Shown in pieces: positions 48,201 through 57,967 of a DNA stretch of 64,000 nt (the stretch's first letter is position 1; each line of letters opens with the position of its first letter). The notes below the pieces were generated by a model. It did not search any database and was not told where the DNA came from. It saw only the letters and a program-made list of their open reading frames with translations. Origin of the DNA: Phoronis australis (Eukaryota; Animalia; Phoronida); NCBI GenBank assembly GCA_002633005.1, contig NMRA01000132.1:310001-374000 (forward strand). Reading direction: 5' to 3'. The translations under genes and the position numbers were made by a program.

Positions 48201-51200
48201 GTGGTGTTGGGGTTGTTCTTTTGACGGTTATGTCAATGATGATAAGAAGTGATAACGGTGTAAATAATCATGAACTTTCTGCTGTCATGGTGATGGTTGT
48301 GGTGACGGCAATGGTTATGGTAATCGTGAATGGTAAGTATGACGGTGTTGCTTTGAGAAACAGTGCAATGACAGGTTGTAATTGGAATGGCCTGGCGATT
48401 GCTTGCTCTGTTACAATGTATGCACCAAGTTGATACTTCATCCTGGTCATGTAATTACAGTTAGTTTGACTAGAAAGTTTTCTACAATCAGTGCACACTC
48501 AGGGGTGTTAAATGTTTTCAGGTCTGACCTTGGATGAAGTCAAATCGCAGTGCATTCTCTTCTTTATTGCTGGCTTTGACAATAACGCAAACACGCTGCG
48601 GTTTTGTGCCTACTTACTGTCCGTGGAGTCCGAATGGCAACAGAAACTTATTGATGAAGTTGATCGTGAATTGAATGGGGTGAGTCGGGTATTGATGTAT
48701 TAGTAAGCACTGCACTACTTATTTCCGTATCTGCCCAGGTATAACCCCACACCTAGGTATAAGCTCCTCCGCAAGTCTTTAATCCCACCTCTCACGTGAA
48801 AAGTGGTCTGTACACCTCAGGTCATGTCTGTGTTATGTCATTATATGTATTATACATGAACTCTTCTCACATTCAGGTATACATACTAATCCTGACTAAA
48901 CCTTGACAAATACCCAACTGGTGTTTCTCCATCCACGTTGTCAAAATTGCGACAACTAAGACTATTTCATCAACGAATAGTTAGCTAGCCCTGATAACGT
49001 CACACTAAACTCTGCAAAAATGATATTTTTATTGTGACAAAGGTTCTGAACTTTTGCCAGATAATTGTGAGTCTAGCTGTCAGAGTTTTGTCAAACTCTG
49101 TCTAGCTAATTTTGAAAATTACAGACTGTAGCCTTTAATATCATGTTTTCAAGATGGATTACAGTTGAAATGTCGGTTCCAAAAATAAAAATCCAGGAAA
49201 ACATCAAAGTGCATGCAGTGAATATCATTAGTAAATGCTTGCAGCGATGGTATATCTATATTCTAGTACAAAAGAAATAGATAGTCACAGTTTTGTGTGC
49301 TGAAAATTTGTTGAATTTCAAACTTGTCCATTTTGTTGTGAAAACTTCAGCAGCTGTCCATTCACACAGCAGCTCATCATGTAAAGTCAATGGCCTCTGA
49401 TCCCGGGTTACTGTAGGTGCTTAGGAACTCTGATCTATTGTGCCTGATATTTATATATTTAGGCTGAGCCCGACTATGACAACACCAACAAGCTACAGTA
49501 CATGGAGATGTTTATAGCTGAAACTCTTCGGATATACCCTCTTACTGGCAGGTATGTAGCCTGTGTTTAACTGCACCAAGGATGGTCGAAGGTTATGCAC
49601 TTCTTTGTGCATGTGGGTGATGTACATTTGAATTCAAATCGTTCTGGACTGTTTTTGATGAGATTTTCACTATAGTGTCTAGAAATCCAATTATTCCATG
49701 AGGTTTTGTGGATGACTCCAGGTGTCACTATTGTGTTACATTTTAAATTGTCGATGGGTAAGCAAAATGCATTTATTAAATAAGTGCAAACACATGTCTT
49801 GATGCAAGTAATTGTAATGAGGTAACCCAATACGAGGTGCTGAGTACTGCTGTCTACGGGGACCCTCAACACATTCACACCACATTTACTTCTTTTCAAG
49901 CACTTACATGTAAATGGGGAAGCATCATTCTATTTTTATGTTGCATTTTAATTACACCTCCCCTTGGGGTTACAAGCACATTGTGTGTGACGTCATGTCC
50001 TACACTATGTTGAATACAGTGTGTGTGGGTCATTCATGCTTGTTCAGTTAGACTGAACGAAGAAGCTGGCCATCTCTTGTGCCATTGCTATCACTTTCTA
50101 GTTCCATGGATTACGTGTGGTCAAGGAAATGGTAATTAACACAAAACAAATGCACTGATTTCACAAAATAAACGGAACAATTGTGAACCAAAGTTGCTGA
50201 ATCTAGGAAAAAATGTTATTAATTTGAAGTTTGGAAATCACCACAAATAATTTCGGTTGACTAATTTTTGATGTTGATACTCACTTTGATGACTTTGTGG
50301 CAACTTGGGACTTTTTTCACCGGTATCACCACCAGAATTTTCAATGTTCTTATTTGTACTATGGACACACTGTCTTACAGAGCTTTTAAAGCCACTGCTG
50401 AATGAGGGCGCTGTGGTTGGCTATGCAGGTTTCCAAAAGAACCCATCACTTTTTTGTGCAAGCCCCTCAAGGGGTTTTTGTGGCTGAAAAATCTAAAAAT
50501 TTGGTTGTTTACGAAATCAATTCTGTAGTATTCTGCCTACAAGTGCTAGATAACCGTGAGCTTTGGCAGAATGGTTGTTATTTTATTTTTCAGAATAGAG
50601 AGAGAATGCGCAGAAAATATCACCTTAGGCGGTCAGTTCTTCCCTAAAGGATCCATTGTCAACATTCCAGTGTACGCCATACACCATGACCCTGAGTTCT
50701 ACCCGGACCCAGAAAAATTTGATCCAGAAAGGTAGGTGGCCACTATATTCTCTCTTCTGATGATGGTGTTTGAAGAAATGACACCGAAACATGTCAAGTC
50801 GATTTAAAACGGCACTGTTTATTTGTTTTTATTGATAACAGAAAGGCACAGCTTTTATTGTTTTGTAAACCACATTACCTTCAGTTGGAAATATTTTTGT
50901 TCGTTTTTATGTAAATGAAATTGGACAATTCTGAGTTCTATCCGGACCCCGAAAATTTTGATCCAGAAAGGTAACAGCTTCAATTAAATGTTTCGTAACC
51001 ATGTTTGGAAATATTTTTCTTCACTGTTATTTTAATTAAAGAAATTGGACAGACGAGTCTTAATTTGCTGCAATTTAATTTAAAAAGACTTGTTTGTTAG
51101 TAGTCCTTTCCTTGTACATTTTCTTCAGTCCCTTCAGGCATTTCTTAAGATTCCATTTANNNNNNNNNNNNNNNNNNNNNNNNNNNNNNNNNNNNNNNNN

Positions 51201-53842
51201 NNNNNNNNNNNNNNNNNNNNNNNNNNNNNNNNNNNNNNNNNNNNNNNNNNNNNNNNNNNNNNNNNNNNNNNNNNNNNNNNNNNNNNNNNNNNNNNNNNNN
51301 NNNNNNNNNNNNNNNNNNNNNNNNNNNNNNNNNNNNNNNNNNNNNNNNNNNNNNNNNNNNNNNNNNNNNNNNNNNNNNNNNNNNNNNNNNNNNNNNNNNN
51401 NNNNNNNNNNNNNNNNNNNNNTGGTGATCTTGATATTTCATCAAGCTTCACGCGCTGTTCCTGTATTTTGTTCATTTTCCTTACGTCAGCCAAGGGGAGA
51501 GTGGCTGCCCCCCCTAAATCCAACTATGTTATGGATCAATATTGAAGCTCACACCTTTTTGTTTTTGTGTTGTGCTTGACAGCGGAGGGAGGGGTCCTAA
51601 ATATCCAAGCTATAACAAAAGGGAGACATTGAATAAGTCATTTCTATGATTTCATTTCAGGTTCAGCCCTGAGAACAAAGCCAATCGTAGTCCATATGTG
51701 TACTTACCATTTGGCTTGGGCCCCCGAAACTGTATAGGAATGAGACTTGCACAGCTTCAAGTGAGAATGCTGTTGGCGGCTATCTTGCAAAAATTCAGAT
51801 TTGTACGATGTGAAAAAACCGAGGTACTGTATTCACTGCATGGTTCTTTATAGTCAGGGTCATCAAAATTTTTAAACGTCACTTAGGGATAGTGTTAGTG
51901 TTGGAAAGAAATTAGTGTCATGGGCAAGAGAGGCTTTTGGATGTTTTGAGTGCATGAAGGCAGATGGTGGAGTGGCTGAAAGACAAAGTGTTGCAGGTGT
52001 TGTACAGTGATGTTTTGAGGGGTATAAGAAGATACAGATGACAGAGATAGAGAGACGAATAATATCAGACACGCTCATTCGATACAATATTCAACGTTTT
52101 CCGTATGACGTTATAATGCGTATATTATATTATTAAAGTAGAGCTTGAGAAATGTTTTGACACTAAATGGGACCTTCCTCTTCTCTAAAGGAATTTTAAG
52201 GAACTGGAAGTTTTTTTCAATAGCCTAAAACCATAGGGGTGTATGCATTGAAGATCAAATTTCTTTCCTCCACTGTGACTGTTCAGCACAACCTTCACTT
52301 CACGTCGTATTCAAACACTGAATTCGGTGAATTTTAAGTTTTCAGACATACTAATACTTCTTGTCTCTTCTTTAAACTTGGAGGAAATCTGTCTCAAAGC
52401 AACACACTGCAACCAATCGCATCAATCTTACCATTCAAGCCAGAAATATCAAACATTTCATGGCATCCTGCTTTCACTGCACTATAACTCAGTGTAAATT
52501 TTGCCTCAGCTAGTTGCCACAGCCAAATGCTGCACTTTGTTGTCAAATGCTCATGGTATGAAACTTTTGTGATATGTTTATTGTAAAAAAAAGCATGTAT
52601 CGCGAGACTGCCGTCGTAGTTCCATGAAGAACTAGTTCTTAGTTCAAAGTGTCCAAACTCGACGATTTAAGACGTATTTTGAAAGCAGCAAGCCGGAGAT
52701 GCGATGAAAACGATTGTCACGGTATCAGTGCCTATCCACACAGCCTAAGTATTTCAATTTATTCAAACATATGGAAAGTCCGCCAAATACGTTGCAAAAG
52801 CTGATATTATACATGATACATCACACAGAAATGTATAAGAACTTTGTATCGGATCAACGGTGTTGGGAGAAAGAGATAAAAAAGTGTTAACTGGATGAGA
52901 GAGTGCATGTGGTGTAAGGAGATAGTTTAGTAATGGGTGTTAGAAGCACGGCTGTTTGACATGTTATGAAATAGCTATAGTGTAGTTAAGGTTGTTAGAA
53001 CATGAGGTGCTATATCTAACCGCTTTCCCAATGGTTAAAACTGAATGCTACCCAAGAGTTGGGATTTGAAACCAATTGCCTCAACTCCTGGGCTTTGATG
53101 ACTGGCTTCTATTTTGGAGATCAGGGAACAGAGATGTAAGTCTATCGTTGATATCCCTGCCTGAAGTTAAACAAAAGCATTACGTGTAATGCAGACCATG
53201 TTTGCCACCAGCTAGAGTCTCTATAAGTACTGAATCAATCATTAAAAGTTACTCTTTTTCAGTCTTTGCATCAAAAAATAGGTTAACTAAGAGAAACCCG
53301 TGCATTGAAAGTGCTGCTCCTTTGTTGAGAAGCCTCAGTCTTTCCTCTTGGTCCTAGTTCAACAGGCTTGTGTACCTAAACCCGGCCACAACAGAGCGCT
53401 TATCTGATACCTTAACCTCCCCAACCTGTAGCCTACATTTTAAATAGGGGGGAACCCTGCATTTGACATAGATTTATGGGTGTTTGAGACATGATCATTC
53501 ACACTTGCTTGTGTTGCGGGTAGTGATACGCTAAGGGTACTGTTGGCCACACCATTACCCAGAATGCAGACATATGCACACACAATTTGGCCTTCTTTAA
53601 ACTCTCAAATCTTAAGTGAGAGCTGCATTTGGCTGTGTAGTAGCTCATAGACCTCTGATCACCAGGTTTAAATTAAGCATCTTGTTTTTACCAAGCCTAC
53701 TGCCCATAAAACACGATCTTTGATGCTAATTTGGTTGCTCAGTTAAAGCATTGTTAAATTCCAGGTGCCACTGGTTATGGACAAGATGAAGCCCATGACT
53801 CCTGCAAATGGTGTATGGGTCAAAGTTCAACCAAGGGAGTGA
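24279..53842 (+). CDS. Cytochrome P450, CYP3 clan (CYP3A/CYP5-like), copy B; complete, 14 exons, 502 aa
   Basis: GT-AG exons: 24279-24349, 26348-26447, 28034-28086, 29206-29302, 30552-30674, 31183-31271, 32505-32659, 33707-33819, 47718-47799, 48522-48679, 49463-49551, 50594-50731, 51661-51823, 53765-53842 (1509 nt, no internal stop). Motifs: WKHVRAELTPTFSSGKL, AGFDNNANTL, ETLRIYP, PEKFDPERF, heme-binding PFGLGPRNCIG. Exons of 71, 53, 89 and 163 nt and all intron phases match vertebrate CYP3A. Confidence 0.95.
34285..34625. repeat. Left subterminal repeat array of the CACTA element (AGTGAGAAT/AGTTAGATT motif; ~39-40-bp higher-order units)
   Basis: Many direct and inverted copies of agtgagaat; units such as agtgagaattttggtcttagaaaattttgagtgagaatc repeated about 5 times. 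Confidence 0.9.
36376..38937 (-). CDS. En/Spm TnpD-like (Transposase_21-type) DDE transposase, 853 aa, uninterrupted
   Basis: Motifs typical of CACTA transposases: ISFTLNTDGVAVFKSS..SVWPIYLVINELP, ADLPARS..NMVQFNG.HSC.YC, IDYMHGALLG, LPRSI..FKYWKAAELRSWLLFYS, NIHSLVHL..VRNLGPLWAHSCFPFENANG, plus N-terminal CxxC..Cx4C cluster. An acceptor-like ttatag just 5' of the ATG suggests a 5'UTR intron (possible donor ~40178). Confidence 0.92.
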   Translation of the reverse strand: MPGDKRVNCLGHVRPSKYSRTTCHEPTSPESAQGYDVGATSCDVCESEQLLNTHTELNDAEVSMDDEVAYTPNDWFHEIFGATETCEDDAQFDDDCAECWETREEMENENEEFVSSGHNLSVHNSLLMIWLYATTYNITGVQLASLLSLIALHISSNNAAYTSLYRFRKYFSSCKSPLVKHMYCTFCMQVVEDDEAICSNVKCGKNLKQPGSLDYFIEIPLDKQLEMFFERGDFVASLLSRFNRNVTGNIEDIVDGSVYQQYCVNDGPLSQKYPYNISFTLNTDGVAVFKSSKKSVWPIYLVINELPYNMRFKKANMILAGMWYSNTKPCFNIFAKQLRKKLMNLEDEGIRLNINNETYTIRAFLLCITADLPARSSILNMVQFNGQHSCTYCLQPGENFRTKKGGNVRIFPYNPNCPDGPQRTKQSIEEATKLAFETKKTYNGIKGPSFLNSLTSFSTFSQVSIDYMHGALLGISKLFIGLWFSPSHMSLNFSLYKHVNLVDDRLSKIKPTCTISRLPRSISEHFKYWKAAELRSWLLFYSIPILSDIMAPVYFYHYCTFVEAIFSLSKDSIAQSDLASAHRMLCYFVYMFDKLYDSRFITLNIHSLVHLSECVRNLGPLWAHSCFPFENANGDLKKFFHGTQFVDLQMINAIHVTQRLPYLLETLPQCSSVSSFIHSLKPEWSKCHGESQSVLRTLGKGYQKRISDELYADVIFTFGHNVPQLIFFNRIRLRGRIYQSKDYSRVLLRNSYTVKYINNKSQMKFGFVCWYAQEKNKNEVTVACINRLEESECYFLQGVDNFLALKVTHIHTVKKTDEFEVVNVDDIVSLCIFVESGENIFVCEEPNYKEINL
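40735..46528 (+). CDS. Transposon accessory gene, 9 exons, ~554 aa: Tudor-like domain, Lys-rich region, P/S/T repeats, CxxC/coiled coil, C-terminal BEN-like domain
   Basis: CACCATG start. GT-AG exons 40735-40774, 41471-41647, 41889-41960, 42654-42743, 42992-43027, 43351-44217, 45210-45256, 45850-46087, 46431-46528 sum to 1665 nt in one open frame. LEEGDKCVAMWHGTGYEAKIMF resembles a Tudor/SH3-like barrel. PSAFVKKLMGALIPTE..PLVTAVIGFAAHHL..DEATRAVNEKMAGSRK resembles the BEN helical pattern. Domain calls are by eye. Confidence 0.75.
46785..47305. repeat. Right subterminal repeat array of the CACTA element (~54-bp tandem units with palindromic ATTCTCACTCAGTGAGAAT-type pairs)
   Basis: aaatctaactgagtgagaaaacagaatctcactcagtgagaatttgacaaacag-like unit about 4 times, followed by further dispersed motif copies up to the TIR. 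Confidence 0.9.
51160..51421. other. Assembly gap (262 N) in intron 12 of CYP copy B
   Basis: Run of N. Confidence 0.99.
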
Positions 53843-54981
53843 CCTCTGAACTTAAGGAATGAGGTGGTGTTTTGCTTTTCATTCAGTGAACAGCTTGTGT
53901 GTTGTCCGTTATTTTTATACATGTAATTCTATGTGTTGGTCATTGAAAGTAACTGGAACCAAGTGTGAGTTGTTGAAATTTATTAAGTCAGTACGGAAGC
54001 TTGATCAGAAGTAGACAAATGTGATATTGAATTATTAGTGATTTTTGTTGTGTGAATATCAAACCAGGCTTTTGTATGCTAATCAAGAAAATTTAATTAA
54101 GTCCCAGGTAAAGCTTGAAAAAGAATATTGTTTCTTTTCACCTTCTACTTATTACCTTTAAATGTCTGAGTATCCCAAGTTCAACTGCCCGGCAGTGCCA
54201 TCTTTTGGCATTTCTGTTGCTGGTCAAGAGGTCAGTTTTTGAAGTATTATTTTACACCTGTCGTCCTTAATTGTCTTAGGGTTCTCTTAAGTTTGTGCTT
54301 CTCATCTGAATATCAATTGGGATATCAGAAGTGGATTCAGAGGGTGGTACAGGGTGTCTAATCCTTGGTGGTGGTCACTTTCATTGCTGCAACGGGAATC
54401 TGGTGTGAGTTTGTGTCCCAGTGGACTCCCTGATCATTATCCTAGATACACACCTGTCCATTGCAAGAGACCTCTCTATGCGCCATTCAAGAGACTGCCA
54501 TTCAGTAATTACCCGACTTGTCTCCATCGAGGTGCTGAAAACATCAGATATCTCAATGGTGTTTATTACTAGCAAAAAGGTATAAAACTACTGCAGGGGG
54601 TGAATGGAATAGTCTTTAGACTGCATTACAGTTGAATGTTGTGCATGCCTGTTTAGAGGACACTGATCATGTTGGGAATAACTGCAGTCAGTGGAATTTC
54701 TACTTAGGGACAAATAACTGTTACAAGCAACTAACACTGCCAGCTCATACACTTTAAATATTGTGGAGCAAAATAATCCTCAGTTGCCCTAGTCAAAATT
54801 TAGAGCAAATAAGAAAAATCCAGTCTGTATGATTAAGTGATGCGTTCACTGACCACTGTGTGGAAAGACCAGTCCTTGAAGAGCAGGAACCACTGTGTGG
54901 CATGAGAAAATGTGTTGCTTATAGTATTATAGTACCAGTTTAGGATACACTTTGGTGGTAAAGTGAAATATAATTTTCTCA

Positions 54982-56067
54982 TTTTTATGCGCCCACATAT
55001 TTATATGTGGACGCATTATGCCGTCATCTCTGTCCGTCCGTCCGTCCGTCCGTCCGGGCGGCGTCCGTCCGGCGTCCGGCGTCCGCTGCTCTATCTCCAA
55101 AACCCTTTGACATACGTTCATGAAATTTGGCACATATGTTCCATTCATGAATGGGACGGCATGTGCGAACTTTCGGACGGATCCGACTACCGGTGTGCCC
55201 CCTAGTGGCAATTTTAGTTTTTTACGCTTACCTTTGTATCTTCAAAAGTCCTGAACGGATTTTCATGAAATTTGGTATGTAGGCACCTATTAGTGAGATG
55301 ACGCTATCCTACTGTTTTCAGATGGATTCGACGTAGTTTGCGCCACCTAGTGGCCATTTTTACTGTTTTCGAGTCTGTATTTTTGCGTCCACCCCTCTAT
55401 CAACCAAACCGCTCAAAGGATGATTGTGAAAATTGGCGTGTATGTGCTTACTATAAGGAAGACAGCTGACAATGATTTTCAGACGATTTGGACTACTGTG
55501 GCGCCTCCTAGTGGCAGTTTTGTTTTTTTGCGCCCATGGCTGTATCTCCCAAACCGTTTGCAGGATCTTTACTAAATTTAGCAAGTGTATTTATGTGATG
55601 TTGACAACGGACGATGACGACTTTAGGATGATTCTGATTACCGGTATGCCTCTAGTGGCAATTTTAGTATTTGCCTCTAGTGGCAATTTTAGTATTTTAC
55701 ATTGACCTCTGTATTTTCATAGGTCTTCAGGTGTATACTTTGTGTTACTTCGTGACTGTGAAGGAAAAGTTCCAAGTAGAAATTTGTTTCTGGCATTCTA
55801 ATGCTGTGCTAATCTCGTATGTTGGTAAATTTGTTTTTAATTCTATGTTTCTGTGGTGCTTTAAGCAACTGGTGTATAGGATGTGCTTGTATTATGAAGA
55901 TTACTCACATTTTGCCCCTAGCCTATTGAGGAGACAATGACCATGCCTTTCCATTTTGCAAAGTATGCCCTCTACTGGCCACTTTATGGTACCAATAAAC
56001 AACCCTAGAAGGATACCGTATGCGGTGCAATTGTGGGCGCATTTCAACGCTCCGCGTTGCTCTTGTT
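54982..56067 (+). mobile_element. Helentron-associated non-autonomous element (HINE/DINE-1-like)
   Basis: T-run, 5' subTIR atgcgcccaca (54987) with adjacent inverted partner tgtggacgcat, (GTCC)n microsatellite (~55032-55087), tandem core repeats containing ttcatgaaatttgg and cctagtggc, 3' subTIR tgtgggcgcat (56032-56042), hairpin caacgc-tcc-gcgttg, terminal ctcttgtt. Confidence 0.8.
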
Positions 56068-57967
56068 CATAAAGTTATGTAGCCGGCATTAATCCAGTGC
56101 TTTAGCATCTTCAGGTTCTGCCCCATAGTTACCACCATTAAATATTTAGAAAATAGTCAGCATTCAAAACGATGTTGGTATAGCAGTTGAAAAAACTGCC
56201 ATTTGTGACAGTTATTTTAACAGCAACTAATGCTTTCACCTCTTGGTGAGGTACTGTGCAGTTATAGTAGATGGCAGAACCCATTATGGACGTGATCCCT
56301 GATACATGGTTAAGTATCCTAATATTCTTTGTGTGTTTTGAATGATTTATAGGAATAAATAGGCAACATTGTTTGAATATTTACTTACTGGCTTTGTTGT
56401 TGTTTCAAGGTGGAATCAAATTCTACTCGGCAATGAATATTTTATTTTGACATGCAAGTAATTATAATTTGATTGCATTCCTTGTGCCTCATTGGTTAAC
56501 AGCTAACAATAATTTATAATTGACATTTAATGACTGAAATAAATAATGACTTTAAAACAGATTTGGCTCTTACTTGATTTAGTAATACCATCATGACGAT
56601 ACTCTGCTGGAACAAGCTTCTTACACGTTACCTGATTTACACAAAACAAGAAATGAAGAAATTAAAAGCAAAACCAAATGTGAAGCAGTACCACTACTGA
56701 ATTGTGTAGTTAAGAATTTCTTTCCACATTAAACGGACAATCAATTTATTTCTAGAACGGATGGTTAATGATTTCACATTGATCACGAAATTCCGTGTGT
56801 GGGGTAACTAACTAGCTGCCTGCAGTTGATTCTTGCAAGTTGTAGGTAACACTAATAAAAGGAATACAGAAAAACGAATCTACAACTTCATGAATGGGCG
56901 TGCAAAACAGGAATAAATAAATGTAAATGACAGCACAAGTTCAGCGAGCATAACACAGTGTAAATATTTAACTTCAGTCATCTAACAGAAAAGACTCAAT
57001 AAATAAGTGTTGTGTGTGTATCATTACAAGGTAACATAGGCTACACTTGATTGTCTTTACCATGTTGACCAGCTGAGACATTTGATTGGTTCTTAATGAC
57101 GACTTCCAGCTCAAGAACCAGACAGATGTCTTAGCCAGTTGAACTGGTGGAACTGGTGAAGTCGATAAGAGTGCAGTCATTGAGACAAATGGAGGAATAT
57201 TCTCATTTGTTCTTCATGTTACTAAGCAACTTTCTACACATTCCTGGATCAAGCTCTACGTTTCACAGACATAGCTTCCACTAGGTACAATGTGCCTTAC
57301 AATTCTCATTTCCACAACTCGTAACTAAGTCACACTCACTACAAATGTAATATTTCTAATCACAAAATCTCTGCACTAGACTGTCAAGAGGGATGCATTT
57401 TTCAACCCAACTTGCTAAGCTATCGCCATGGTCCAGCACTACCACTTGAACACAATTCCTTCTTCTTCAACCAAACTTTGTTTGCACTATCACTGCCACA
57501 GTTACTAACTGCCACAGAGAATGGTTAAGACTAAACACGACCTAACACATGGAAGCCCACATACAGTACTCTCCATACTATTGTGTAGCATAAATGCCAA
57601 CGGTCTTCAAAGAATGCTTGGCAAACAGTAGCACTCACTGATAAAGCCACTATCAACCGTGATCTGATGTGAAAAAGATCAACGTTCTTCACATTTGCCT
57701 CGTTTATCTGTGTTTATCCCTACTTTAAATTGAAATTGGTTAAAAAACCTAATGGACATACACTGCCTTGGAGATTGAAACTGAACCACCAAGTCAACCA
57801 ACTTAATTGGCCTTGTCCGAAACAAGATCAGTTTGTTCTTCTCAAGCCTAAAAATCAATGATTTCTAATCCAAATAAGGAACAAGACGAGACCAATTTTT
57901 AACGGCAAGCTGTTTTTTTTAATAAAAAAGGCGAAGGTTTATTGCCCCTTTTAAACTGTAACCTCGC

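Noticed and set aside
51090-51579. Long ORFs in the ORF track
   Set aside because: Artefacts of reading through the N gap.
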